A DNA stretch of 64,000 bases from Methanobacteriota archaeon (GCA_016841665.1 JAENYT010000006.1:35151-99150), one strand, 5' to 3'. Positions 28,966-39,351 are shown, counted from the first letter of the stretch. The notes: generated from the letters alone by a model not told the origin. Numbers and translations are program-made.

Positions 28966-31611
28966 ATGGGTGTCGCATCAGCTTTCGGTTCGATTAATCG
29001 GCACACAGTACTCGATCACCTTATCCTCGTGATCATTTTCTTCACCATCCTGTTCGCCGAAGTCACCATCTATATCCTCTCCGGAGGGGCAAGTTTCCTC
29101 CTCGCCCACCTGCTCTACTTCCCTGTTCTCTTTGTCGCCTATGAGTATCCCCGGCGCGGCATTCTGCTCTCCACCCTGATCGGGTTTTGCTATATCATCA
29201 TCTCCTACACCGTGCTGTACCCGGCAATGCTCGAGCTCATCCCGGCCACCATGCAGTTCTATGCCTACGTAAGCATCGCAGTGGCGGCATCATACATCTC
29301 CGGCGAGCTGAAGATGAACGAGCTGAAATACCGCAACATATTTGCCAACAGCGGGATCGGCATCTGCCTGGTGAACCTGAGAACCCGTACCATTGTGGAG
29401 GCAAACCCCCAGTGCCCCCTTTTCCTGAAACAGGACACGTCCTGTCATCGCATTGATGAAATCTGGCAGGAAGGCAGCGACTGTGAGGAGTTCTTTGCGC
29501 TGCTTGAGGTCCGCGGCACTATCCGTGACTACGAATTGCGCACCGTGCAGGCCGACGGCACCCACCAGGATCTTCTCATCTCCGCGGGGGTTCTGCCCAA
29601 TGATCTGGCCGTATTCGCCCTTACCGATATCACGGGGCGGCAGCAAGAACTTGATTCACTGCGCAGGAGCGAGCAGAGGTTCCGTGAGCTGACCGATTCC
29701 CTGCCCCACCCGATTTTCGAGATCAACAGCGCATTGCAGGTGACCTATGCCAACCGGACTGCGCTCGAAATCTACCTGTTTACCCCCGAAGATCTCCGTC
29801 AGGGGCTTGATGTGGAGGAGACGGTTGCCCCGGAGGGGCGGGATCAGGCCCATCTCTACCTGGAGAATGCCCTGCAGGGGGGTACTCCCGAACCCGTTGA
29901 GTACCTGGCATGCCGGAAGGACGGCACAGTCTTTCCGGCCCTCATATTCATCCGGCCTATCATTTGCGACCACCACATCACCGGCATCCGGGGAAGCATC
30001 ATCGATATCACCGACCGCAAACAGGCAGAGGAGCGGCAGGCGGAGAACATCAGGAACCTGGAGTTCCTCTCCGGGACGGCCACGGACTTCGTGGATTTTC
30101 CCTCCGACCTTGATCTCTACCAGTATATCTGCGATCGCCTCGCCGAGATCGTGCCCGGTGCCATCACGTTCATCTCCGAGGTGGATAGCTCGCACGCAAT
30201 GGTAACGGTGCGGGCACGCTGCCTTTCCGACACACAACATGAAATCTTCACCAGGGACCTTGGATGTGATCTGATTGGCCTCTCCTTCTCCCTGCCTCAT
30301 GAGGCAGCAGAGATTATGAAAATGGGCACGCTGGTGGAGATACCTGATGGGTTGAACGGTGTCACCTTCGGGCAGTATCCTGAAGATGAATGCGAGCGCG
30401 TCGAGAAAGAATGCGCAATCGTCAGGATCTTCGGGACAGGGATTTCCTGGCAGGATCATCTCTTCGGCTGTGCACTCATCATGCTTCCAGAAGGCTGTGA
30501 ATTGGAAAACCGGGACCTCGTCGAGGCATTTCTCCACCAGGCGACGGTCGCCCTTCGGCGAAAATTCACCGAGGACGACCTTCATGAGAGCGAAGCAACG
30601 TACCGTACCCTCTTCGAGAGTTCGAACGACGCCATCTTTCTTCTCAGCGATACGATCATCGACTGCAACGAACAGCTCAGCCGCCTGTTCGGCCACCCAA
30701 AAGAGGAGATCATTGGGCGGAGGCCGGAAGAATTTTCCCCAGAAAAACAGCCCGACGGGAGAGATTCTGCCGATGCTGCACGGGAAATGATAGAGGCAGC
30801 GCTCTCGGGAGAATCGCTGTTTTCCGCATGGCAGCACCGGCACCGGGACGGGAACCTCATCTACACCGAGATCCTGCTCAAGCGGATCATGCTCCACGGT
30901 CAGGCGGTGCTGCTCGCCACTGTCCATGACGTGACCGAACGGGTGCGGTCAGAGGAGGCACTCCGTGATGCGAACAGGAAACTCGGCCTGCTCTCCAGCA
31001 TCACCCGCCATGACATCCTCAACCAGGTGACTGCGGCCCGTCTCTACTACGAAATGCTCGACGATCCCTCGTTCGGGCTCTGGGAGCGCGATCGCGCCCT
31101 CTCCCAGATCAGAGCTGCCATCTACAATATCCAGGATATTGTCGAATTCGCGAGCATCTATGAGAATATAGGGGTTAAAGAACCCCGGTGGCAGAGGGTG
31201 GGATATACCGCCCTGCAGGCGGCGGGAGCGTTCGATATGCAGCAGATCGCCATTCATGTCGATGCCGGCAACCTTGAGATCTACGCCGATCCCCTGCTGG
31301 AGAAAGTCTTTTTCAATCTCTTCGACAATGCCGTGCGGCACGCTGATGCGGTGTCCGCGATTCAGGTCACCTTCCGCACGAAGGGAAGCGATGCGATCGT
31401 TTCCGTGGAGGATGACGGGCCGGGTATTCCTGCCGGCCAGAAGGAAGAGATTTTCAAGCAGGGTGTGGGGAAAAATACCGGAAAAGGGTTGTTCCTGGGC
31501 AGGGAGATTCTTGCCATCACCGGAATCACCATCCGGGAGACCGGCGGGGAAGAGGAGGGGGCGCGGTTTGAAATCCATATCCCTGAGGAAAAATGGCGGA
31601 TCGGCGAATAA
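28966..31611 (+). CDS. membrane-associated PAS/GAF sensor histidine kinase
   Basis: About 4 N-terminal TM helices, then PAS repeats. H-box LGLLSSITRHDILNQ. ATPase blocks NLFDNAVRHA, VEDDGPGIP and GKGLFLGREI. The C-terminus is near-identical in style to the other kinases here. Confidence 0.85.
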   Translation: MGVASAFGSINRHTVLDHLILVIIFFTILFAEVTIYILSGGASFLLAHLLYFPVLFVAYEYPRRGILLSTLIGFCYIIISYTVLYPAMLELIPATMQFYAYVSIAVAASYISGELKMNELKYRNIFANSGIGICLVNLRTRTIVEANPQCPLFLKQDTSCHRIDEIWQEGSDCEEFFALLEVRGTIRDYELRTVQADGTHQDLLISAGVLPNDLAVFALTDITGRQQELDSLRRSEQRFRELTDSLPHPIFEINSALQVTYANRTALEIYLFTPEDLRQGLDVEETVAPEGRDQAHLYLENALQGGTPEPVEYLACRKDGTVFPALIFIRPIICDHHITGIRGSIIDITDRKQAEERQAENIRNLEFLSGTATDFVDFPSDLDLYQYICDRLAEIVPGAITFISEVDSSHAMVTVRARCLSDTQHEIFTRDLGCDLIGLSFSLPHEAAEIMKMGTLVEIPDGLNGVTFGQYPEDECERVEKECAIVRIFGTGISWQDHLFGCALIMLPEGCELENRDLVEAFLHQATVALRRKFTEDDLHESEATYRTLFESSNDAIFLLSDTIIDCNEQLSRLFGHPKEEIIGRRPEEFSPEKQPDGRDSADAAREMIEAALSGESLFSAWQHRHRDGNLIYTEILLKRIMLHGQAVLLATVHDVTERVRSEEALRDANRKLGLLSSITRHDILNQVTAARLYYEMLDDPSFGLWERDRALSQIRAAIYNIQDIVEFASIYENIGVKEPRWQRVGYTALQAAGAFDMQQIAIHVDAGNLEIYADPLLEKVFFNLFDNAVRHADAVSAIQVTFRTKGSDAIVSVEDDGPGIPAGQKEEIFKQGVGKNTGKGLFLGREILAITGITIRETGGEEEGARFEIHIPEEKWRIGE

Positions 31612-31912
31612 TTTTTGCGTTCCTCACCGGCCGTTCAGACATCAGCTGAAACGCTCGAAGAGAGGGGCACCGGATTCTCATTCGGTCCGGGTGCCCGGAT
31701 ATGCGGTCTGAAACGTACTGTGTCCCGAATATCTCGCCTCTCCCCCCGGATGATGCGTCGTGATCGTTTCCCCGAACCCTCCCATCGCACGGCCTTCGAT
31801 CCCCGACCAGCCGAAGCGGGGTGAGGCGCCCGCAACGGGAAGTAATACAAAAATTGATTTTTGTATGAATCCTATACTCCTCCATCTGCGTTCATCATAA
31901 AGGAGTACGACC

Positions 31913-32473
31913 ATGCACACACCAGAGATCCAGCCACATTCACGCGAGATAGTCCTGCGCCCTGTGGGCGTGATTCGCAACACGATTGCGGAACCCTTCC
32001 TGGTTGCAGGTGACGACGGGCTTGCCATGCGCGGAGAAATGGCCACTGCGATGGCAGAGATTCGCGAAAAACGGGAGGAGATTTCCGAGATTATCATCGA
32101 TGAGGGGCTGGCCGACATTCTCGACGGCATCGAGGAGTATTCCCACGTAACCGTGCTCTACTGGGCCCACCAGGTGCCGGACCAGGGACGGAGGCTCAGC
32201 AAGGTGCATCCCATGGGCAGGAAGGACTACCCCCTGGTCGGGATCTACTCCACCTGCAGCCCTGCCCGGCCAAACCCGGTGCTCCTCACCGTCGGTTCCC
32301 TGCGCAGTCGGCGCGGGAACGTGCTGGAGGTTGCGGGCATGGACGCCGTCGACGGGAGCCCTGTCATCGATATCAAACCCTACGTTGCGGACTTTTTTCC
32401 CCGGGAAGGTGTGCGCATCCCCGCATGGATGCAGCGGATCCAGCGGGAGGTGGAGGAGGGCACCCGGGGATGA
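31913..32473 (+). CDS. trmO: tRNA (t6A37) methyltransferase TrmO / YaeB (UPF0066) family
   Basis: VGVIRNT, SHVTVLYWAH, and the family signature VGIYSTCSPARPNPVLLTV...LEVAGMDAVDGSPVIDIKPYV. Confidence 0.8.
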   Translation: MHTPEIQPHSREIVLRPVGVIRNTIAEPFLVAGDDGLAMRGEMATAMAEIREKREEISEIIIDEGLADILDGIEEYSHVTVLYWAHQVPDQGRRLSKVHPMGRKDYPLVGIYSTCSPARPNPVLLTVGSLRSRRGNVLEVAGMDAVDGSPVIDIKPYVADFFPREGVRIPAWMQRIQREVEEGTRG

Positions 32474-32497
32474 ACCCCTGCCTGACTACCAGAACAC

Positions 32498-33319
32498 ATG
32501 CGGGGAACCATCATAGATGTCACAGAAATCAAGGAGAGAGATGAAACCATGGAACCAAACAGCACAGGAACGGCTGCAGCAGCCGACGATAGCGCACGAA
32601 TCGCACAGCTGAAGGAAAAACCCCGGCATGAGTTTTTCCAGGCGATACTGGACGACGACAGGGTTCGATGCCTCGTCAAGACCGGAGAGATCCACGGCCA
32701 CTACTGCCCGGGGAGCGCCCTCGGCGTCATGGCCGCACTCTACGGGCTCCGGCAAATGGGGGAGGAGGCCGTGCGGGCCGAAGGCATCAACGAGAACCTC
32801 ATGGCCGTCGTCGAGATCAATTCCTGCTTTGTGGATGGGATACAGGCGGTATCGGGCTGCACTCTGGGCAACAATGCACTGGTGTATCGTGATCTGGGGC
32901 GGACGGCGGTGACCTTTGCCATCCGCGGGACAGAAACGGGAATACGCATCCGTGCCAGGCCGGAATTCCGCTCCCTGATCGATAAGGCCGTGCCGGAGTT
33001 CTCCCTGCTCATGGAAAAGGTGATAATGAAGCGGGCGGGGAGTGCGGAGGAACGGACGGCGTTCAGGGAAAAAGCGCGTGAAGCCGCGTTCGCCCTTCTT
33101 GAGATGCCCTACGAGGATCTCCTGATCGCTGAAATGGTCCGCCCGGACCTGCCTGCAAGAGCCCCGATCACGGAGAGCGTCGTCTGTCCCGGCTGCGGCG
33201 AAGTGGTGATGGCCACGAAAGTGGTGCCCGAGGGAGAGGAACAGGGCCTCTGTTTCATGTGCGCAGGCCGCTATCGCGAGGTCGAAGGACAGGGGATCGT
33301 CGATAAAGTGCAGAACTAA
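32498..33319 (+). CDS. FmdE-family protein with C-terminal zinc ribbon
   Basis: HGHYCPGSALGV and FVDGIQAVSGCTLGNN are FmdE/FwdE-domain hallmarks. The C-terminus CPGCGEVV...CFMCAG is a Cys4 ribbon. The start may be an internal Met (MEPNST). Confidence 0.75.
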   Translation: MRGTIIDVTEIKERDETMEPNSTGTAAAADDSARIAQLKEKPRHEFFQAILDDDRVRCLVKTGEIHGHYCPGSALGVMAALYGLRQMGEEAVRAEGINENLMAVVEINSCFVDGIQAVSGCTLGNNALVYRDLGRTAVTFAIRGTETGIRIRARPEFRSLIDKAVPEFSLLMEKVIMKRAGSAEERTAFREKAREAAFALLEMPYEDLLIAEMVRPDLPARAPITESVVCPGCGEVVMATKVVPEGEEQGLCFMCAGRYREVEGQGIVDKVQN

Positions 33320-33684
33320 GACGAAAATTTTTTGCACGGGGCGGTCTGCGTGGGATCCCCATGCCGCAGAAGGTGGCATCTCCCGAACCGGGCAACGAAT
33401 TCATCGAATTTATGGCGCAGAAGAAGGAAGGATCCCCAGCGAGAGTTCTGAAACATAGCTATCATACAAGGGCACAGAACATTCGCAGAATCCTGATACT
33501 ATCGGCGCTCTTCGAGGCGGAAGATGAGTTCCCTGGATTCTTCACGCCACACCGATGAAAGAAGTCAGTATGAGCAGAGAATTAACCATCCGAACCGCGT
33601 GCACCACGCAACCCGCAAGGCGAACAAGGCCATCGTGAAAGAGGTAGAATACCTCACGACAGCTCCATTAAAACGATAATTCTC

Positions 33685-34371
33685 TCATGAGTGGCGGGGC
33701 GTATCAGCATGGGCGGAAAGCCCTCTCCGATGATGTTTGGCATCTGTCCATCGCCGATCCTGCCTTGCTTCGATCGCTTTAAGCCTTTTTTTCAGTTTTT
33801 CCAGATTTTCCTCCTTGTTGTAGAACCGCTCGATGGTTTCCAGGCATTCAATATTCATTTTGGTAATATGGACGAGCTCCTGCCTGCCCACATCGATGCT
33901 GAAAAACTCCACCATTCTGTCCCATTCCTCAGTCCCGAAGGGGATGATCCGGTCGATCACCGTAATCACGTGTTGAGGGGAGATATTCAGCTCCCAGTTT
34001 TTTTCATAGAGATCAACCACGTTGATGATACCGTTCTTGAAATCGAGATCGGTTATCATGCCAAAGAGCGTCTCGTACTCGTCTCGTTCAATCCGAAGCC
34101 CATATTCGATAATATCGCCGATTGACGGCGTACGTGTGGAAAACACAAGAATGTCTCCGGGGAGATAAATATCTGCCCAGAGCGTATCGGCGATGGTTAC
34201 CCCGGTGAAATGTCGTCCCGATATGTCAGCATATGCGGATTTAACAAACCATCGCCGCATTCCCGGCTGCAACTCCTCCATGATCCGGAAGAGTGTCTCC
34301 ATAGGATGTGGTTGTCTGAGGATTTTTTCTGCCAGTGTTTTGGCATCCGTACCCCAGAGGAAGGGACGCAT
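33685..34371 (-). CDS. orphan hypothetical protein in an AT-rich island
   Basis: 228-aa ORF with coding-like composition and a coiled, charged C-terminus (EENLEKLKKRLKAIEARQDRR). A very AT-rich TATA-like tract lies immediately upstream at 34375-34420. No motif recognised. Confidence 0.5.
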   Translation of the reverse strand: MRPFLWGTDAKTLAEKILRQPHPMETLFRIMEELQPGMRRWFVKSAYADISGRHFTGVTIADTLWADIYLPGDILVFSTRTPSIGDIIEYGLRIERDEYETLFGMITDLDFKNGIINVVDLYEKNWELNISPQHVITVIDRIIPFGTEEWDRMVEFFSIDVGRQELVHITKMNIECLETIERFYNKEENLEKLKKRLKAIEARQDRRWTDAKHHRRGLSAHADTPRHS

Positions 34372-34870
34372 GTATTATCATTAAAGAATATTTAATATAA
34401 TATATAATATATCCGTCATATGGTGCTTCGCAATCCCCCGGGGTGGCAACCGCAGCGCAAAGCAGACATCGAATCTGCATGGTATATGTCTTTTCTGTCG
34501 GCCGGATGATTGCACCGGAGGATTTGGTCAACGAATCTCAGCGATTATTCTGAATACTCAGGTGCTTCCACCCCTGAGATGCTGGTATTTCGCCTTTCCA
34601 CAGAAGCAATAGCAATTTTTTCGTCATTGCTCACGTCCGAAATGTCCACGCACGCCATCAAAATCTTTTTAGTGTGATTTGGAGGGGAAAGGGCAGGGAA
34701 ACATGAAATCAGAGGGTCATTGTGGGTTTTGGCAGAATTAGAGGGAGAGAAACAGACCATAGTTAAAAAAAAGCAGCTTTGTCATCTGGAATCAGAATCG
34801 AGCCACAAATAGGAATAATATAACATAAGTATAATATATTCAAAATTAAAAACGCTTTTATTCCCTCTTT

Positions 34871-34882
34871 TTTTAAATAATA
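34871..34882 (+). promoter_or_regulatory. candidate TATA/BRE for the 1208-aa kinase gene
   Basis: TTTTAAATAATA lies about 40 nt upstream of the ATG at 34919, in an AT-rich intergenic region. Confidence 0.3.
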
Positions 34883-34918
34883 GCATAATCTACCAGGCGT
34901 TCTGGTGTGTGAGAACCG

Positions 34919-37900
34919 ATGTATACCCTACTTCTCGTGGATGACGAACCGATCCTGCTCAAAGCGGCGAAGAAGTTCCTCGAAAAACATGCAGATTTCA
35001 GATGTGACACATGTACGTCAGGATCGGAAGCGCTCGAACGGATCCAGGCTGCATCCTACGATGCCGTGGTCAGCGACTACGAGATGCCGGTGATGAACGG
35101 CATTGATCTTTTGAAAACGATCAGGGAACGGCAACCTGATCTTCCGTTCATCCTGTTCACGGGACGGGGGAGGGAGGAGGTGGCAATCGAGGCGCTCAAC
35201 AGCGGTGCAGACTTCTACGTCCAGAAGGGAGGGGATATCAAGGCCCAGTTCGCCGATCTGTCTCACAAGATCCGTCATGCCGCAGAGAAGGCGCAGAGCG
35301 CCAGGCGGCTCCGGGACCTCAACCAGGCGCTCGAAGGGGAAAAAGAGCGCCTCCGGGTGACCCTGCGATCGATCGGCGACGGCGTTATCGTCACCGATAC
35401 CGAAGGGGTGGTGGTCTCGCTCAACCGCGTGGCCGAGGAGCTCTGCGGCTGGAAGAGCAAGGCGGCGGCAGGACACCCCCTCACCGACGTGTTTCACATC
35501 ATCAACGAAAAGACCGGGGCGGTGTGCACCAACCCGGTGCAGAAGGTGCTGGAGAGCGGGCATATCGTCGGCCTCGCCAACCACACCGCCCTCATCAGCC
35601 GCGATGGCACCAGAAGAGCGATCGCCGACAGCGCCGCACCCATCCGCGATGCCGGGGATGCGGTCATCGGGGTGGTGCTCGTCTTCCGCGATGTGACTGC
35701 GGAGAAGGAGGCGGAACGCACACACCTCCGGCTGTCGGCTGTCGCCGGATCCTCCGTCGATGCGATCTATACCGTCACGCCCGAGGGCATCATTGCCACC
35801 TGGAACAGGGGGGCGGAGCAAATTTACGGCTATACCGCTGAAGAGGTCGTCGGCCGGCACGTCTCGGTGGTGGCGCCTCCCGATCTTGGCAATGAATCCT
35901 CCGAACTGATGGCGCGGGTGAAGGCTGGAGACCTGGTCGAGCAATACGAAACATACCGCTACCGGAAGGGCGGAAAGAAAATCCACATAACCCTGGCCGT
36001 GTCCCCGCTTGTCGATGCCGAAGGGGAGTTCCTTGGTTTTTCCGGCATTTCACGGGATATCACGGAGAGGAAACGGTATGAGCAGAGGATCGAGCACCTC
36101 AACCGCGTGCTCCTCTCCATCCGCAACATGAACCAGATTATCGTGGAAGAAACCGATACGGAGCGGCTGCTCCAGAGGATCTGCGATTCGCTCACCGAAA
36201 GCGGGGGGTATCACCATGCGTGGATCGCACTCTACGATGATACAGGGCGCCTTGCGGTGCGTGCCGGGTCCGGGCTCGAAGAGCGGCTGCATGTCCTCAA
36301 CGACCAGTTCTGCGGCGGTCGGATTGCCGGATGCGCCAGAAAAGCGCTTGATTCACCGTTGAGCATCATCACCAGAGATCCCGCATCCTCCTGCACCGAT
36401 TGCCCGCTGGTGCCGATGTATGAAGGACGGGGAGCAATGACCGTCCGCATCAAGCGCGGGGATACCATCTACGGCCTGATCTCCCTCTCGATGCCCCGCG
36501 CGCTGATCGATGATGAGGAGGAGCTAAACCTGTTCCAGGAGGTTGCTGCGGACATCGGCATTGCCCTGCACGGCATCGGCCTGGAACAGGAGCGGGTAGC
36601 AGCGGTACGGGCGCTCGCAGAGGAAAAAGAGCGCCTCCGCGTAACCCTGCGATCGATCGGCGACGGCGTTATCGTCACCGATACCGAAGGTCTGGTGGTC
36701 TTTCTCAACCCCGTTGCCGAGGAACTCTGCGGCTGGAAGAGCAGGGAGGCGGCAGGACACCCGCTCACCGATGTGTTCCACATCATCAACGAAAAAACCC
36801 GCAGGGTCTGCACCAACCCGGTGCAGAAGGTGCTGGAGAGCGGGCATATCGTCGGCCTCGCCAACCACACCGCCCTCATCAGCCGCAGCGGCGAAGAGCG
36901 GATCATTGCCGACAGCGCCGCACCCATCCACGACGCCGGGGATGCGGTCATCGGGGTGGTGCTCGTCTTCCGCGACGTGACCGCAGAGAAGCGGGCCGAG
37001 ATGGAGCGTCTCCGGCTGACCGCCATTGCCGAATCCTCCGAGAATGCCATCTTCAACGCATCGCCCGACGGCATTATTCTCGGCTGGAATGCGGGTGCGG
37101 AGCGGATGACCGGGTATGCGGCCGCGGAGATCATCGGGTCGCACATCTCCACGCTGGCACCGCCGGGTAGAAAGAAGGAATCCAGGAAGAACGTCGAGCG
37201 GATGAGGAATGATAGGTGCGTCCTCCAGCTGGAGACGGTGCAGGCGAGAAAGGACGGGAGTCTCATCGATATCGCCGCCACCATCCTGCCCCTCCTCGAT
37301 GAAGACGGCGATTATGTGGGCTTCTCGGGGATCATTCGCGACATCACCGGGAAAAAAGAGGCAGAGAAGCGGATGGAGCATATCAACCGTGTGCTTTTCG
37401 CTATCCGCAATGTCAACCAGCTCATCACCCAGGTCAGGGATGAGGAAACCCTGCTCAAAAAGGTGTGCGACACGCTCATCGAGACGCGAGGCTTTTACAG
37501 TGCCTGGATCGCCCTTTTCGGCGAAGCGGGCACCTTCACCAGGGCTGTGGAAGCGGGCCTGGGTGACGGGTTCCTGCCCATGGCCGAACGTCTCTCCCGG
37601 GGCGAATTGACGCGGTGCGGGCGCAGGGCGCTTGAGAATCCGGGCGTCATCGTCACGAAGAACCCTGCGTCCTCCTGCCGGGACTGCCCGGTTGCCTCCC
37701 GCTCCCGCGGCAGGGCTGCTATGACCAGACGGCTCGAATGGGAAGACCGGGTGTACGGTCTGCTCTCCCTCTCCATCCCCCCCGAGATGGCAGACGACGA
37801 GGAGGAACAGGCGCTGTTCGAGGAGGTTGCCTCGGACATCGGGTTCGCCCTGCACACCTACGAGATCGATCGGGATCGCACACGGGCGGAAGAGGCGCTC

Positions 37901-38545
37901 TTTGAGGCGAACACCAAACTGAACCTGCTCTCCAGCATCACCCGCCACGATCTCATCAACCAGACGACCGGGATCTCGGCGATGATGCTCCTGCTCGCGG
38001 AAGATCTCGAGGGGAACCCGGCCGCGCAGGAGTACTGCGAGTATGTGCAGGAGGCCCTCGACACCATCAACCGGCAGATCTCCTTCACCCGCGACTACGA
38101 GAACATGGGGGTGAACCGGCCGGAGTGGCAGCAGGTTGCGGCGGTGATCGAGCGGGCGGCCGAAACCACGCTCGCCAATGGCATATCCCTCGAGAACCAA
38201 ACCGGATCTCTTGAAATCTACGCCGATCCCATGGTGGAGCGGGTCTTTTTCAACCTGCTGGACAATGCCGCCCGCCACGGCAATCAGGTCAGCGTAATAC
38301 GGGTACTGTCGGCCACGGAAGACGGTCAGTGCAGGATCACCGTGGAAGACGACGGAGACGGCATCCCCGCATCCGAGAAAGAGACAATCTTCGAGAGGGG
38401 TTTCGGTAAAAATACAGGATACGGCCTGTTTTTGGCACGCGCCATTCTCGACATCACCGGGATATCGATCCGCGAGACCGGCGAGGAGGGGAAGGGCGCC
38501 CGGTTCGAGATCGTGGTCCCCAACGGCCAGTGGCGTGCAGCGTAA
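34919..38545 (+). CDS. hybrid sensor: receiver + 2 x (PAS-PAS-GAF) + histidine kinase
   Basis: Receiver: LLLVDDEP...DAVVSDYEMPVMNG...LFTGRGRE...GADFYVQKG. H-box LNLLSSITRHDLINQ. ATPase blocks NLLDNAARHG, VEDDGDGIP and GYGLFLARAI. Confidence 0.9.
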   Translation: MYTLLLVDDEPILLKAAKKFLEKHADFRCDTCTSGSEALERIQAASYDAVVSDYEMPVMNGIDLLKTIRERQPDLPFILFTGRGREEVAIEALNSGADFYVQKGGDIKAQFADLSHKIRHAAEKAQSARRLRDLNQALEGEKERLRVTLRSIGDGVIVTDTEGVVVSLNRVAEELCGWKSKAAAGHPLTDVFHIINEKTGAVCTNPVQKVLESGHIVGLANHTALISRDGTRRAIADSAAPIRDAGDAVIGVVLVFRDVTAEKEAERTHLRLSAVAGSSVDAIYTVTPEGIIATWNRGAEQIYGYTAEEVVGRHVSVVAPPDLGNESSELMARVKAGDLVEQYETYRYRKGGKKIHITLAVSPLVDAEGEFLGFSGISRDITERKRYEQRIEHLNRVLLSIRNMNQIIVEETDTERLLQRICDSLTESGGYHHAWIALYDDTGRLAVRAGSGLEERLHVLNDQFCGGRIAGCARKALDSPLSIITRDPASSCTDCPLVPMYEGRGAMTVRIKRGDTIYGLISLSMPRALIDDEEELNLFQEVAADIGIALHGIGLEQERVAAVRALAEEKERLRVTLRSIGDGVIVTDTEGLVVFLNPVAEELCGWKSREAAGHPLTDVFHIINEKTRRVCTNPVQKVLESGHIVGLANHTALISRSGEERIIADSAAPIHDAGDAVIGVVLVFRDVTAEKRAEMERLRLTAIAESSENAIFNASPDGIILGWNAGAERMTGYAAAEIIGSHISTLAPPGRKKESRKNVERMRNDRCVLQLETVQARKDGSLIDIAATILPLLDEDGDYVGFSGIIRDITGKKEAEKRMEHINRVLFAIRNVNQLITQVRDEETLLKKVCDTLIETRGFYSAWIALFGEAGTFTRAVEAGLGDGFLPMAERLSRGELTRCGRRALENPGVIVTKNPASSCRDCPVASRSRGRAAMTRRLEWEDRVYGLLSLSIPPEMADDEEEQALFEEVASDIGFALHTYEIDRDRTRAEEALFEANTKLNLLSSITRHDLINQTTGISAMMLLLAEDLEGNPAAQEYCEYVQEALDTINRQISFTRDYENMGVNRPEWQQVAAVIERAAETTLANGISLENQTGSLEIYADPMVERVFFNLLDNAARHGNQVSVIRVLSATEDGQCRITVEDDGDGIPASEKETIFERGFGKNTGYGLFLARAILDITGISIRETGEEGKGARFEIVVPNGQWRAA
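35339..37906 (+). repeat. in-frame tandem duplication, 2 x 1284 nt (428 codons), of a PAS-PAS-GAF module
   Basis: GAAAAAGAGCGCCTCCG...CGATCGATCGGCGACGGCGTTATCGTCACCGATACCGAAGG occurs at 35339 and again at 36623. The protein segments EKERLRVTLRSIGDGVIVTDTEG...VLVFRDVTAEK are near-identical. The following PAS and GAF parts align collinearly but are much more diverged. Confidence 0.85.
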
Positions 38546-38610
38546 CCACCGCGTACTCCCCCGGATTCACTCACTCATTATTATGGTATATTATTTATAT
38601 TTTATAATAT

Positions 38611-39339
38611 ATGTTATACCGATGCTCTATGGCAGTTGAACAATCCGTATCCACGGTTACGCAATCCGTAACCAGCATTGGCGATGCCATCATGCAGATG
38701 TTCTCGTCGGTCATCCTTTACCTTCCGAACATCATCGCCGCGATCATCATCCTGCTCATCGGCTGGATTGCCGGCCGTATCATCGGCGGGATCGTGGCAA
38801 AATTCCTGGACAGGATCGGTGTCGACGACGCACTGCGCAAGACCTCGGTCGGAAAGGCTATCGAACAATCGGGAACGAACGTGGTGGTGTTCTTTGACCT
38901 GATCGTCAGGTGGTTTATCTACCTGATCGCTATTCTCGCTGCGGCAAACGTCCTGCAGCTGGAATTCCTGACCGTGCTCATCTCCTCCATCGTGGCATAC
39001 CTGCCCAATATCGCCGCATTCCTGATCATCCTCATCGCGGGATTCATCCTCATCGACTACTTCGCCGACTTCATGATCGGCTGGGGCGAGACCCAGAAGG
39101 TCGAGTACATCAGGCCCATCACCATGCTCCTGCGGGTCTTCTTCTACTTCGTCGTGGTCATGCTCGCCCTGACCCAGCTCCTCCTCGACCTGACCATCAT
39201 CTATATCTTCATCACCCCCCTCGCCTGGGGTATCGGCATCGGTATCGGCGCGGCTATCGCCATCATCGTGGGGCTCGGCCTCAAGGACCGGGCGCCCGAG
39301 ATCATGGACTCCCTGATGAGCGAAGTGAAAAAAGAATAA
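38611..39339 (+). CDS. membrane protein with conserved TM-helix repeats (mechanosensitive-channel-associated type)
   Basis: Repeated module YLPNIIAAIIILLIGWIAGRIIG / YLPNIAAFLIILIAGFILIDYF is typical of the conserved-TM-helix repeat family. 4-5 TM. An alternative start MAVEQS lies at 38629. Confidence 0.65.
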   Translation: MLYRCSMAVEQSVSTVTQSVTSIGDAIMQMFSSVILYLPNIIAAIIILLIGWIAGRIIGGIVAKFLDRIGVDDALRKTSVGKAIEQSGTNVVVFFDLIVRWFIYLIAILAAANVLQLEFLTVLISSIVAYLPNIAAFLIILIAGFILIDYFADFMIGWGETQKVEYIRPITMLLRVFFYFVVVMLALTQLLLDLTIIYIFITPLAWGIGIGIGAAIAIIVGLGLKDRAPEIMDSLMSEVKKE

Positions 39340-39343
39340 TCTC

Positions 39344-39351
39344 TTTTTTTT
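39344..39351 (+). terminator. oligo-T tract (T8) after the TM-helix-repeat gene
   Basis: TTTTTTTT begins 5 nt after the stop codon at 39337-39339. Confidence 0.4.

Noticed and set aside
36524-38278. 584-aa minus-strand ORF
   Set aside because: Antisense to the well-supported 1208-aa kinase gene. The composition is Gly/Arg/Pro/Asp-rich with no motifs.
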